Shown here piece after piece: positions 1 to 9,829 of a DNA stretch of 64,000 nucleotides; positions within the stretch are counted from its first letter, which is position 1; each line of letters opens with the position of its first letter. The stretch spans positions 242,914 through 306,913 of the forward strand of contig CAYWDM010000001.1 of NCBI GenBank assembly GCA_964457085.1. Direction: 5' to 3'. The position numbers and the translations under genes were made by a program. Source of the DNA: an uncultured Pseudomonadales bacterium. Lineage in GTDB: Bacteria > Patescibacteriota > Microgenomatia > UBA1400 > PJMF01. Below the pieces are notes generated by a model. The model had not been told where the DNA came from. It did not search any database and was given only the letters and a program-made list of their open reading frames with translations.

Positions 1-714
1 ATCAAGTGTTTTTATGACTGGAAAGCTGAGTTGAATAGAAACTCTGACTATGTAGCACTTCGTGGCAAGAATGGATTTGATTTCTTGGATGGTGAAATTA
101 TTAACACCAATGGCAGTAAGATTACTGAGGACAATTTCCATAGCTTTTTGCAATCTGTGGTCATCCCATACTCGCAAGCTGAAGGCTATGTTTTTTCTGA
201 CTCTCATGAGGATTATCTTACTGGATCACTTGCTAGAGTAAATCTAAACCTCGATCAAATTTCCGGTCGAACTCGTAGTGATATTCAACAATATCTAGGT
301 TTTTTCCCCAGTAATAATATTTATGACAATAACTTGGCACAAGCAGTTGAGATCCTAATCTGCGTAGATGAGGCAATCGAGATCATGCAGAACCTTAAAA
401 TTGTTGATGAGAAACCGATTAGAGTTCCACCGAGAGCTGGGATGGGAGTGGGTGTTATCGAAGCACCTCGCGGCATTTTATATCACTCTGCTGAAACTGA
501 TGAAAATGGTTTAATTAAAAAATACGACGTTATCGTGCCAACTGCTCAAAACCAAATCAATATTGAAAATGACCTCAAGAAATATTTTAACGACAATATC
601 GCTACCAAAGAAAAAGAGGAATTAAAGATAGAAGCAGAAAAAATAATTCGTGCCTATGATCCCTGCATGTCTTGTGCAACTAATTTCCTTAAAATCGACT
701 GGATTGAGTCATAA
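1..714 (+). CDS. [NiFe]-hydrogenase large subunit, C-terminal part (gene begins upstream of the window; frame open from nt 1)
   Basis: The translation contains EAPRGILYHS and a C-terminal DPCMSCA (DPCxxC) nickel-binding motif, both typical of [NiFe]-hydrogenase large subunits. A maturation protease gene lies immediately downstream. Confidence 0.8.
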   Translation: MKCFYDWKAELNRNSDYVALRGKNGFDFLDGEIINTNGSKITEDNFHSFLQSVVIPYSQAEGYVFSDSHEDYLTGSLARVNLNLDQISGRTRSDIQQYLGFFPSNNIYDNNLAQAVEILICVDEAIEIMQNLKIVDEKPIRVPPRAGMGVGVIEAPRGILYHSAETDENGLIKKYDVIVPTAQNQINIENDLKKYFNDNIATKEKEELKIEAEKIIRAYDPCMSCATNFLKIDWIES

Positions 715-1055
715 TCAGTTTGTTTTGACATTGGCATTCCAATGATTACGAATGTGTTAATTTTCCCTAGTTTTTTCAGATATTTTAGCTGAAAGCCTAA
801 ATCAAAGTCATGCACTGAACTTCTTGGGGGCAACACAAGTTGGCCAATATTATTCTCAGTAATAAGCGTAACTGTATCAATGCCCATTACCACATCAAGT
901 ATAACTACAGATTTTTCACCGACAAAAGGTACATCTTCGTTTGGCTTAATCTCCACAAATTGCAGATTTGGGATTGCGTCTTTCAACTGATCGGCAACTT
1001 GTAACGCCGTTTTATCAGTCTCAAGATCTCTATTTCCGAATACAAAGACCTTCAT
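654..1055 (-). CDS. hydrogenase maturation endopeptidase (HycI/HyaD family)
   Basis: 133 aa starting MKVFVFGNRDLETD..., with the acidic/Gly pattern of hydrogenase maturation proteases. It is convergent with, and tail-overlaps, the hydrogenase large-subunit gene. Confidence 0.6.
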   Translation of the reverse strand: MKVFVFGNRDLETDKTALQVADQLKDAIPNLQFVEIKPNEDVPFVGEKSVVILDVVMGIDTVTLITENNIGQLVLPPRSSVHDFDLGFQLKYLKKLGKINTFVIIGMPMSKQTDYDSIQSILRKLVAQDMQGS

Positions 1056-1073
1056 ATGAGTTAGAATTATGGC

Positions 1074-1766
1074 ATGGATCTCGAGGCCTTACAACTTTGT
1101 TCAAGATTTGCTATTCAGCCAAATAAATTGGGCTATTGTGGTCTGCCCACAGCTCATCAAAAATTTCTGGACTGTTTGAAAAACAAAAAATGCGATGGAG
1201 TAGAGCAAGAAATTAAACAATTCATCGTGCTCCATCCTTATCTAAAAACGATCTCTGAAATTACTGGACTCGGCGAATTTTCCTCCCCCGTAATCGAGAG
1301 TTATTGGTATGGTAATGATTTGTTAGAACAAGTCACAGTCAAAAACTATCCCTTATTGCTGGCAAATCTAAAAAGACAGGGCGTGCCTGATTTTTTAATT
1401 GCAGAAATATCCACTAAACCCCTGAACACATTCATCCCCATTCACTTGTTTAATATATTGTTCGTAGGTGTTGGCAAAGCATCTGGCAGTGTGCCTTTCA
1501 ACCTCGAGTCAATTAATAATTGCATGATTCGCTGGGGAAAAGTTACAGCCATAAACTCAGAATATCAAATAAAAACTGTGATATTGAATTCTGAATTTAA
1601 ATTAGTGCCAACAACTCAAAAGGTCAGCCTCAATAGTAGCTTGGTTGATGATCTAAAAATTGGTGACCGAGTAACACTGCACTGGGGTGGCATCGCAGAC
1701 CGACCAACTTCAAAACAACTCAAAAATCTGAAGCACTGGACGACGAAACTACTCACCAACCTCTAA
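1074..1766 (+). CDS. hypothetical protein (hydrogenase-adjacent, Cys-containing)
   Basis: Intact 230-aa ORF with an ATG start at 1074. No family recognised by eye. Confidence 0.45.
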   Translation: MDLEALQLCSRFAIQPNKLGYCGLPTAHQKFLDCLKNKKCDGVEQEIKQFIVLHPYLKTISEITGLGEFSSPVIESYWYGNDLLEQVTVKNYPLLLANLKRQGVPDFLIAEISTKPLNTFIPIHLFNILFVGVGKASGSVPFNLESINNCMIRWGKVTAINSEYQIKTVILNSEFKLVPTTQKVSLNSSLVDDLKIGDRVTLHWGGIADRPTSKQLKNLKHWTTKLLTNL

Positions 1767-2684
1767 TTGCTGCACCCGAACTGTTTTTCGACTCTCTAAC
1801 TTAGCTCCAGCCAAAAATAGTGCCAAACCTGCAACCATTAATAATAACTGATAGGTAGCAACCAGATTCCAGCTGTGTGTCACGAAAATAGCATTCAGTA
1901 TATTGGTGATAAGTGTGGCAGATACCAAAATAGCTGTGACAGTGGTAGCTTTTTCAACTTTCAAAGCACGATACCAGGTCATCACATATAACAATAACGT
2001 TGCAGCTGTAGCGAGCAACCAAAACCACTGAGTTGTTGATAAATGCAGTAAAGTGCTCAGTCCCATTGGGGCCGAAAAATGTGCGGTAACTAATAGTAGT
2101 GCCGAACCAATACCCATTCTTCCGAATGTAACCACGTCAGGATCGAGATCCTTAAGTACCTGTTTCGCAAACACGTTTTCTACCGCCCAAAAAATTGTTG
2201 CTGCCAGAATCATCCATTCACCGCTACTAAAAGTGAAACCAAAAAAACCACCGATAACTGCATTTGCATAAAAAAGCAGCATCACACCGATTAGTTTTGG
2301 CAAAGAAAGCTTCTCTTTAAGCAGTGGCCATGCCAACAATGCTACCCAGAACACCAGTGTTTTTTGTATTATGGCTGCGTTGACAGCACTTGTGCCAGCA
2401 AGACCGGTAAAAAACAAGTAAAAGGGCACATAGCCGCCTACTACACCAATTACTGCTAATTTGCCCCATTGCTTGATTGACAATTTTTTGAGTAACGAGC
2501 TCTTTTTAAGACCAAGTAAAACGGCAAACAACAAGACTCCAACAACCGCATTCTTTACACCAGTAAAGAGCACTGGAGGCTTTATCATGCCAACTGCAAA
2601 TTTATTAATAAATACCGATATCCCAGAAATAACTGCAGTTAAAAAAGCCAACTGAACTCCGCTCAGTGAGAATATTTTTTTCAT
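1749..2684 (-). CDS. EamA/DMT-family transporter
   Basis: 311 aa with roughly ten predicted TM helices in two repeated halves, typical of the drug/metabolite transporter superfamily. Confidence 0.7.
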   Translation of the reverse strand: MKKIFSLSGVQLAFLTAVISGISVFINKFAVGMIKPPVLFTGVKNAVVGVLLFAVLLGLKKSSLLKKLSIKQWGKLAVIGVVGGYVPFYLFFTGLAGTSAVNAAIIQKTLVFWVALLAWPLLKEKLSLPKLIGVMLLFYANAVIGGFFGFTFSSGEWMILAATIFWAVENVFAKQVLKDLDPDVVTFGRMGIGSALLLVTAHFSAPMGLSTLLHLSTTQWFWLLATAATLLLYVMTWYRALKVEKATTVTAILVSATLITNILNAIFVTHSWNLVATYQLLLMVAGLALFLAGAKLESRKTVRVQQLEVGE

Positions 2685-2710
2685 AATCGTCAGAATCTTT
2701 CAAGTTTGTA

Positions 2711-3061
2711 TTAGACAGGCCAAACCATGGCTCCAGTCTCATTGTCGTACACCTCGATTGCTTTGGTAGGACAAGACTGGGCTGCTGCCAACAAGTTCTC
2801 CTGTTCATCAGTGGCACCCTCTTTAAAGATAGCAATATTTTCAGCATCTAAATCAAATACTGCCGGTGAAACAGCCACACAACTTGCCGCACCAATACAC
2901 AAATGCTTGATTATTTTTAATCGGTATTTACCAATCACCATTTCTTTATCTACTACTCCAGCAGAAGTCGCTGGCACAGTTGAAGTGGGTGCTGCTGGTG
3001 CAACCGCTGTAACTGGAGCTGCGGCTTCAACCTGTGGTTGTTGAGTTTGAGTATCTGTCAT
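2711..3061 (-). CDS. ferredoxin-like iron-sulfur protein
   Basis: 116 aa; an Ala/Pro/Thr-rich N-terminus followed by a Cys cluster CIGAASCVAVSP...SCP. An SD-like AGGGAAA precedes the start. It lies directly upstream of the OFOR genes. Confidence 0.55.
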   Translation of the reverse strand: MTDTQTQQPQVEAAAPVTAVAPAAPTSTVPATSAGVVDKEMVIGKYRLKIIKHLCIGAASCVAVSPAVFDLDAENIAIFKEGATDEQENLLAAAQSCPTKAIEVYDNETGAMVWPV

Positions 3062-3075
3062 GTCTGTTTCCCTAT

Positions 3076-3936
3076 TTATATATACTTTTCTAATTCTAAC
3101 GTAATATCTCTCGCTTTTGATTCTTGATGTAAAGTTAATGGACCTTTTTCTAACAATGGAATCTGATCTTCGTAGCTTGGTCGTTGTTCTTCATATAGCA
3201 CGCCCAGAGGAATCTTTTTAAGATCCCATTCTTGAGCTTTCTCAAACGCCACAACCTTGTTTGTTCGATCATATTCTTCAGACAACCAGTAAGTGTTCTC
3301 GCGGTAAAACTGATGTGTGTATAACTTATTGTATGTGACACATGGTTGCAAAATGTCGACTAATGCAAAACCCTTGTGATCGTTAGCCCGAATAATCATG
3401 TCAGCAACTTTTGCGAGATCACCTGCATAAACACGACTTACAAAAGTAGCACCAAGTGAAATCGCCAAAGCAGTTGGATTTATTGGCTCTTCGTAGCTAC
3501 CATCTGGAGTCGACTTCGTTTTATACCCGTGTGGAGATCTAGGGGAAGTTTGTCCTGTAGTCAAACCATAAATCGCATTATCAAACAAGATTACCGTCAA
3601 ATCATGATTCCTTCTTGCCGCGTGCACAAAATGATTCGTGCCCTCCGCTAAACTATCGCCATCACCGGTATACACAAATACATTCAAATCATGCCGAGCC
3701 ATCTTAATACCTTCCGCAATTGGTATGGCTCTACCATGCAAACTACCAAATCCAGTTAGCTTTACAAAGTTGAGCATGTGACCATGGCAACCAACACCAG
3801 CAGTCAAAGCAGTGTTGGTGTTATCCCAGCCCATTTTTACCGCAGCTTGACGAAAGGCAGCCCAAATACTGATATCACCACAACCGGGACAAAAATTTAT
3901 GGTGCAGCCAGTTGAGAGATCTTGCATTGTCGTCAT
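3076..3936 (-). CDS. 2-oxoacid:ferredoxin oxidoreductase beta subunit (TPP-binding)
   Basis: CPGCGD and GDGD thiamine-pyrophosphate motifs. A GGGAGG SD lies 5 nt upstream. The start overlaps the alpha-subunit stop by 4 bp (ATGA). Confidence 0.85.
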   Translation of the reverse strand: MTTMQDLSTGCTINFCPGCGDISIWAAFRQAAVKMGWDNTNTALTAGVGCHGHMLNFVKLTGFGSLHGRAIPIAEGIKMARHDLNVFVYTGDGDSLAEGTNHFVHAARRNHDLTVILFDNAIYGLTTGQTSPRSPHGYKTKSTPDGSYEEPINPTALAISLGATFVSRVYAGDLAKVADMIIRANDHKGFALVDILQPCVTYNKLYTHQFYRENTYWLSEEYDRTNKVVAFEKAQEWDLKKIPLGVLYEEQRPSYEDQIPLLEKGPLTLHQESKARDITLELEKYI

Positions 3937-5657
3937 GCCTGCCTCCCTTTCTGAATAGACTCAATCTTTTCAATAATTTGCTCAGGATAGAATGGACGGC
4001 CGTCATACCGTAGCATTCGATCATCAATTTTAATTCCGGTATGTTCGCGAATTATCGAAGCCATGTGTCCAGAAAAATTGCATTCGATATCAATGACGTG
4101 CTTAGCTTTTTCTAGATATTTTTGAACTGCATCTGCTGGAAATGGATTCGCCCAAGTGATGTGTAGATAGTTAACACCAGAGCTGAATTTCATGGCCTCT
4201 AAAATACTGCTTTTATTGCTGCCCCAAGATACTATAGTAATCTCAGCATCAGCTGGTCCATACAAAACTGGAGCCTCCATATGCGTCTTGGCACAAGTTT
4301 CCAGTTTCTTCATTCTTTTATTCATCTGCACGATTCGGTTGTCTGCCTCTTCATCAGAGTATCCATATTCATTATGCTCATCCGCATTTGCATTGAAATA
4401 ATTCCCAACTCCAACAGGGGAGCGAAGTGAAATGCCGTCTTCACTGTCTGCAAAACGTTTGTAGTCAGCAACTATTTCGGTTGTATATTTACCTCGATCA
4501 ACAACATAGTCGCCCATAACAAAAGGTGTGAAACTTTGGTCATCTTCACACATAATCTTGTCGACCACCACGACAACCGGGGTCTGATATATATCTGCCA
4601 AATTAAAGGCTTTTCTCGTCATCTCAAATGCCTCTTTAGCATCACCAGCTAATAAAACAATTCTTGGAAAATCACTCTGATGTGCTGAAAGTATCATTCT
4701 CAAATCACCTTGTTCCGTCCAGGTTGGCAAACCCGTGGCCGGACCACCTCGCATACCTTCGATTATGACTACTGGAGTTTCCGTAATTCCGGCTAGACCG
4801 TATGCTTCTGTCATTAAACAAAAACCACCACCACTCGTGGCCACCATGCTTCGTGCACCTGCGTGAGCCGCACCAATCGCCATGCCAATAGCCGAGATTT
4901 CATCCTCTGGCTGTTTAAACACAAAACCATATTTGTCCTGGAGTCGAGCAAGAGAGTAGACGATGCTTGATGTTGGGGTCATGGGATAAATTGCCGCGAA
5001 CTTCATGTCGGCTTGGATTGCCCCGAGTGCAATTGCCTCATTTGCAGTTACCAGAATCTGTTTAGCCACATCTTTTTGCTGCGTTAACACTTGCTTGATG
5101 TATTGAGCAAAATTCTCAGTTGCAAAGTCAAATCCAATTTTTGCCAATTTAATATTAGTTTCAACAACTTCCGCTTTTTTCTTGGAAAATGCTTCAGTAA
5201 TTAATTCATTGAGATGGGTTAAATCTGATCCAAGTAGTGCCATCACTGCACCCATAGCCAAAATATCTCGCATCACCTCTATACCACCATTGTCTTTTGT
5301 TAGCTGCATCAGTGGTATACCAAATTGAGTCACCTCTGCAGACAATTTCGAAGTATCAAGGTTCAACCCACTGTCAAACAACACACCAGATCCGGGTGTC
5401 ATCTCACCTGCATGTAGATTAATTGAACTTTGATCGAACGCAATTAAAAAATCTGTTGTCTGATACGTAAAATAAACAGTTTCTAATGCAAATGTGCATT
5501 GCACAGTATTGTGGCCACCTCTGATTAGCGAGGGATATTCAGAGTATCCATAGACGCTATATCCAGACCGAGTGGCGATTTTTGAAAAAGTAGTACCTAC
5601 TGCCTTAATTCCAAAGCCAGCAGGTCCAGCAACTTTAAATGTGAATGGCTTACTCAT
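3933..5657 (-). CDS. 2-oxoacid:ferredoxin oxidoreductase alpha subunit (fused gamma+alpha domains)
   Basis: 574 aa. The N-terminal gamma-like segment (AGPAGFGIKAVG) is followed by the alpha/pyrimidine-binding domain. It is translationally coupled to the beta subunit. Confidence 0.85.
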   Translation of the reverse strand: MSKPFTFKVAGPAGFGIKAVGTTFSKIATRSGYSVYGYSEYPSLIRGGHNTVQCTFALETVYFTYQTTDFLIAFDQSSINLHAGEMTPGSGVLFDSGLNLDTSKLSAEVTQFGIPLMQLTKDNGGIEVMRDILAMGAVMALLGSDLTHLNELITEAFSKKKAEVVETNIKLAKIGFDFATENFAQYIKQVLTQQKDVAKQILVTANEAIALGAIQADMKFAAIYPMTPTSSIVYSLARLQDKYGFVFKQPEDEISAIGMAIGAAHAGARSMVATSGGGFCLMTEAYGLAGITETPVVIIEGMRGGPATGLPTWTEQGDLRMILSAHQSDFPRIVLLAGDAKEAFEMTRKAFNLADIYQTPVVVVVDKIMCEDDQSFTPFVMGDYVVDRGKYTTEIVADYKRFADSEDGISLRSPVGVGNYFNANADEHNEYGYSDEEADNRIVQMNKRMKKLETCAKTHMEAPVLYGPADAEITIVSWGSNKSSILEAMKFSSGVNYLHITWANPFPADAVQKYLEKAKHVIDIECNFSGHMASIIREHTGIKIDDRMLRYDGRPFYPEQIIEKIESIQKGRQA

Positions 5658-5701
5658 AGTATGCGTCTAAATCGACTTCAATAGATGCTGTTGAATCAGC
5701 A

Positions 5702-6394
5702 TCAAAAAAACTTTTCAAAATATATCTTTTCTTTTATCATGCCTTTTCTCTCCAGAATTTCAACTGCCTCTTCTATCATTTTGCCATTACCACATAAGTA
5801 AGCACTAGCCGCAGACAAATTCCCACATTCCCGTTCTAACAAATCAGTAATATGTCCAGATACACCATGCCATCGTTCATCTGGTTTTGAAAGGCACAAC
5901 ACAAACTTAATATGTGAATATTTTCTTTGTAGTTCATCAAAATATGCATTCCAAAAAATATCATCGAAGTATCGCAGGCCAAAATACAACGTCATCTTTC
6001 TGATTTCGCCACGAGCAATTGCCTCTTCAATCATGGCTTTGATTGGAGCAATGCCTGATCCAGTAACTAAAAATATAACTTCGTTTGTGCCGTCATCTGG
6101 CTGATAGACAAATCGACCAAGTGGACCCAAAAAAGTCATTTCATTACCGACCTGTAATGCCTCAAAATATTTTGAGCCAGGTCCGCCAGGCTTGATGTCA
6201 ACAATCATGCCGTAGCTTTTTTCTCCAATCACTCCTGCTAATGAATATGATCTGATATCTCGTTCGTTAACTTTAATACTAATGAATTGTCCTGGTATGA
6301 AATTGAGTGGAAGCAGTGTCTCAAATACTAAATCTACGTAGGTACTTGCAGGTCTTGATATGTGTGTAACTTTTCCAGTTGAAAAACCTGGCAT
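5702..6394 (-). CDS. FNR-family FAD/NAD(P)-binding oxidoreductase
   Basis: RSYSLAG (RxYS FAD-binding motif) and LVTGSGIAP (NAD(P)-binding motif). There is no C-terminal Fe-S cysteine cluster. Confidence 0.7.
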   Translation of the reverse strand: MPGFSTGKVTHISRPASTYVDLVFETLLPLNFIPGQFISIKVNERDIRSYSLAGVIGEKSYGMIVDIKPGGPGSKYFEALQVGNEMTFLGPLGRFVYQPDDGTNEVIFLVTGSGIAPIKAMIEEAIARGEIRKMTLYFGLRYFDDIFWNAYFDELQRKYSHIKFVLCLSKPDERWHGVSGHITDLLERECGNLSAASAYLCGNGKMIEEAVEILERKGMIKEKIYFEKFF

Positions 6395-6647
6395 ATATTT
6401 TTTCTCAATCTATGCAGTTAGTCGTTTGACTCGCTGCGAGATGTACTAGTTATTAATTTAACATCCACCGCCCATGTGCCGTCACTATTCACAATCAATG
6501 GGTTTAATTCAGCTTGGCTTGTTTTTTTGCCACAACAAACAATGACAATATATTTGCTGTGTTTACTATAGCTCTTTTTAACAATAAATACCTCTACTAG
6601 TACCGATGTATGTAGTCGTAGGACACTGTTTTCTAACAATAAGTAAA

Positions 6648-6677
6648 TAGACCTCGTCACTTTCGCAACGAGGTCTA
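6648..6677 (-). terminator. hairpin terminator downstream of the 6701-6940 gene
   Basis: Perfect 10-bp stem TAGACCTCGT/ACGAGGTCTA with a 10-nt loop, followed on the minus strand by a T-rich tract. Confidence 0.5.
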
Positions 6678-6700
6678 CATTGTTTGGTCGGTGATAACGC

Positions 6701-6940
6701 CTATGAGAGCAAGGTAATCTTATTCTCGGCATCCTCCCGATCGTCAAATTCCAACAACTTGCCATTTTGAGTCAACAATTTGAGTTTGTTGAAGCCACGC
6801 TCCACAACCACACGTTCGGTTGTTCCGTAGCCTTGAGGCAAATCATCAGTCGGCTCGACTTGGATGAATGTTCCTTTAACATCCAAATGTCTCGGCGCCA
6901 TATCGGACTCTTTAGTTGTTACTTTGACTAACGCTTTCAT
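6701..6940 (-). CDS. hypothetical small protein (80 aa)
   Basis: ATG at 6940 preceded by a perfect AGGAGG SD at 9-nt spacing. The longer TTG-extended ORF in the track (to 7036) is probably an artefact. A terminator hairpin lies downstream. Confidence 0.5.
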   Translation of the reverse strand: MKALVKVTTKESDMAPRHLDVKGTFIQVEPTDDLPQGYGTTERVVVERGFNKLKLLTQNGKLLEFDDREDAENKITLLS

Positions 6941-7143
6941 GCGTTCAGTCCTCCTAAAATGAATTTTTTGCTGCTCACCCAGTCCTTGAGGTCTCGCTGA
7001 CCCCAGATGAGCAACCTTGCGATTATTGATACACATCAGATATGTATCAACATCCTATATTTTAGCAAGAAATCAGTTATAGGCAACACTCAAAAGTGAA
7101 GTAAGTAAAAATCCTGTTATGATGTGTGTAAGGAAAAAAATAT

Positions 7144-7482
7144 ATGAAATGGTCAATTCGCTTACTGTATCTCTACCTCTTTTCGTTTGTAGGTCTACTG
7201 ATCTCGATTATTGGTAGCATTCAACTCACAGATTTAGCAATTAAAGCATATGTGTTCAAAGTTGAAGAATATCCTGTCTTTGTTTCACCTGAAATTATTG
7301 AGGATTCAAAAATCTCGATAGAGCAACAAAAGGCTCAACAAGAGACAATGATGAAACAGCAAGTACGAGAAGCTGGTAACCAACGTAAACGACAAATCAG
7401 CAACTCATTGTCTATGATTGCAATTGGACTTCCAGTCTATCTATATCACTGGCTCACTATTAAAAAAGAATCTAAAGCCTAA
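7144..7482 (+). CDS. small membrane protein (2 TM)
   Basis: AAGGAA SD 8 nt upstream of the ATG. N-terminal and C-terminal hydrophobic helices. Confidence 0.45.
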   Translation: MKWSIRLLYLYLFSFVGLLISIIGSIQLTDLAIKAYVFKVEEYPVFVSPEIIEDSKISIEQQKAQQETMMKQQVREAGNQRKRQISNSLSMIAIGLPVYLYHWLTIKKESKA

Positions 7483-7528
7483 AAAATCTCAAGCTTCTAA
7501 ATTCAACACCACAAAATACGATAATAGT

Positions 7529-9628
7529 ATGAGCAAAATAAGTGACTCTGAACAACCGATTAATCCGTTATTCGCCATTCTCATATTTCTTGCTTCCTTT
7601 CTAACTTTCGCAGTAGAACCACTGTTTAGCAAATTACTCTTACCGGTCTTTGGAGGTAGTGCCATGGTCTGGACTACCTGTTCATTATTTTTTCAAGTAT
7701 TACTGTTATTGAGTTACAGCTATATTTTTATACTTGAAAAACTCACCTGGAAAATACAAAGATTCACGTATATTTTTGCTGCACTGGTAATTATTTTAGC
7801 TTCATCAACCCATATTTTTGGAGTCAAACTTTCACTGACAGAGCTACCAAGCTTACTCAATACTCTAACAAATGGGGATGAGGTATTGAACATCGTTACT
7901 GTTGGCATGCTGAGCATGGGAACGGCATTTTTTTTCCTCGGAACCATCTCTACATCGATACAAGTACTTGCAACTCGCCAAAAAATTAAAAATCCATATA
8001 TTTTGTACCGAGCCTCAAATATTGGCTCGTTTATGGGTCTTTTTTCATTTCCCCTCATTCTTGAGCCTTTCTTCACCTCAAATGAGCTACTCAAAATGTG
8101 GTCGGGAATGGCACTAATGGTTACCTGTTGCGTAGGTTTGCTGTATGTAGCGACAAATAAAAAAGTGACAGCAGTCACAACACCAACCATATCTAAAAAT
8201 CCCACACTCAAAGAAGTAATGACCTGGTCACTGCTGGCAGCATTCCCAGTGGCCCTGTTGCTCGCTGCCACTAATCAAATCACTCTGGGAGTAGCACCAA
8301 TACCATATCTTTGGATTTTACCTCTTGGTGCATATTTGCTTGGATATATCATTGCATTTGGTATATATAAGCCGGAAGCATTACTCATATTATTGCTCGT
8401 AAGTATTAACTTTGCTGGATTGTTATCCTTGATTGAAAATAAAACTACCGTAACCAGCTATTTGCTGCAAGTACTCACACTATTATCCATTACCGGAATT
8501 AGTTCATTACTATTTCACTCGAAAGCTTACTCCTTGCGTCCGGAGAAATCGAAACTCAGTTATTTCTATCTCAGCCTCGCATTTGGTGGCACCATTGGTG
8601 GTTTTTTAGTGAGCATTGTGGCTCCACTCGTATTCAAAGATTACTTTGAGCTTGAACTGTTGCTAATAGTTGGCACACTCTATGCGCTTATCCAATATTC
8701 AAAACAGATACCGCTAAAATTACAGATTTTTTCCAAAACAAAAAAAATATCTATGAAAATACTCAGTGGAATTACTGCACTCGTGTTTACCACATTCATT
8801 TTCAATAGAGTATTTACCTCATACACTGATCATAAAATATACCACTCCAGAAATTTCTACGGCTCTTTGAGCGTCAGTGAAAACTCGGGAGAAAGAACAT
8901 TAGCAAACGGCAATATTGTTCACGGCACTCAATTTATGGGGGAACGTGCAAATATCCCTACTACTTACTACAGTCAAGAAAGCGGTATTGGTAAATCACT
9001 TGAGTTTTTCAAGAAAAAAAGAGGCAATGAACCACTTCGAATGGGAGTCATTGGATTAGGCACTGGCAGCTTAGCAAGTTATTGCCAACCAAAGGACCTG
9101 TATGTTTTTTTTGAGATTAATGAGCAGGTGATAACAGTTGCTAAAAAATATTTTAGCTATCTTGATCACTGTCAAAATACAACGATCATTCTAGGAGATG
9201 CCAGAACACAATTATCAATTCAAAATCCTCAATCAGAATCTGAAAAATATGACTTACTTGCGATTGATGCATTCACCGATGATGCCATTCCCACTCACCT
9301 CCTCACTGTCGAGGCGGGCGAGCTCTATCTACAAAAAATTAAATCAGATGGGGCTTTACTTTTTCATGTTTCAAATCGCTACCTAGATCTTGAAAAAGTC
9401 TTAGTCGGATTTGCAGAAAAAGAAAAATTAATCAGTAAGAGATTGTTGCATACTCCAAAAAATAGTAGTTCTGGTGAGGTAATCTCGCATTGGATACTTA
9501 TTACCAAATCTGTAGAAGTTGCAGCTGCCATCTCAGAATCCTTTGAATTAGATCCGGTGCCCCCCAGACCAGTCATCTGGACCGATAACTACAGCAATAT
9601 GTTAAGAGTGATAAAACTCACTGAGTAG
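7529..9628 (+). CDS. polytopic membrane protein with a C-terminal spermidine-synthase-like (SpeE-fold) domain
   Basis: More than ten TM helices. The C-terminal part reads GVIGLGTGSLA ... DLLAIDAFTDD, the aminopropyltransferase/methyltransferase fold. ATG 7529 is preferred over the ORF-track start at 7418, which overlaps the upstream gene. Confidence 0.65.
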   Translation: MSKISDSEQPINPLFAILIFLASFLTFAVEPLFSKLLLPVFGGSAMVWTTCSLFFQVLLLLSYSYIFILEKLTWKIQRFTYIFAALVIILASSTHIFGVKLSLTELPSLLNTLTNGDEVLNIVTVGMLSMGTAFFFLGTISTSIQVLATRQKIKNPYILYRASNIGSFMGLFSFPLILEPFFTSNELLKMWSGMALMVTCCVGLLYVATNKKVTAVTTPTISKNPTLKEVMTWSLLAAFPVALLLAATNQITLGVAPIPYLWILPLGAYLLGYIIAFGIYKPEALLILLLVSINFAGLLSLIENKTTVTSYLLQVLTLLSITGISSLLFHSKAYSLRPEKSKLSYFYLSLAFGGTIGGFLVSIVAPLVFKDYFELELLLIVGTLYALIQYSKQIPLKLQIFSKTKKISMKILSGITALVFTTFIFNRVFTSYTDHKIYHSRNFYGSLSVSENSGERTLANGNIVHGTQFMGERANIPTTYYSQESGIGKSLEFFKKKRGNEPLRMGVIGLGTGSLASYCQPKDLYVFFEINEQVITVAKKYFSYLDHCQNTTIILGDARTQLSIQNPQSESEKYDLLAIDAFTDDAIPTHLLTVEAGELYLQKIKSDGALLFHVSNRYLDLEKVLVGFAEKEKLISKRLLHTPKNSSSGEVISHWILITKSVEVAAAISESFELDPVPPRPVIWTDNYSNMLRVIKLTE

Positions 9629-9629
9629 A

Positions 9630-9684
9630 TACAAAAAAAGACGCATAAATGCGTCTTCTTTTGTAATGAGCGAGAAACGGGATT
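9630..9684. repeat. 55-bp direct repeat, copy 1 (terminator plus the 3'-terminal 16 nt of tRNA-Gly)
   Basis: Identical to 9775-9829. It is followed by a decayed tRNA-like fragment rather than a full tRNA. Confidence 0.8.
9631..9662. terminator. bidirectional rho-independent terminator
   Basis: A-run, then stem GACGCAT/ATGCGTC with a 2-nt loop, then TTCTTTT. An identical copy lies at 9776-9807. Confidence 0.6.
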
Positions 9685-9774
9685 TACGATTCACTACGCT
9701 CACATGCATTAGGAGGGTGCTGTGCACTCTCCGTCACGAACCCTGCGGGTTCTCATTTTATTGCAATGGTTTAT

Positions 9775-9829
9775 TACAAAAAAAGACGCATAAATGCGTC
9801 TTCTTTTGTAATGAGCGAGAAACGGGATT
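9775..9829. repeat. 55-bp direct repeat, copy 2 (overlaps the 3' end of the intact tRNA-Gly)
   Basis: Identical to 9630-9684. Confidence 0.8.

Noticed and set aside
6418-6765. 115-aa ORF on the minus strand
   Set aside because: It overlaps the 3' end of the SD-supported 6701-6940 gene and spans that gene's terminator hairpin. The low-complexity translation is probably non-coding.
7720-8271. Antisense ORFs inside long genes (for example 7720-8271, 13098-13607, 33635-34036, 2727-3044, 49677-50174, 45551-45928)
   Set aside because: Each is embedded antisense or out of frame in a well-supported longer CDS with a recognisable family or SD. They are treated as chance ORFs of AT-rich DNA.
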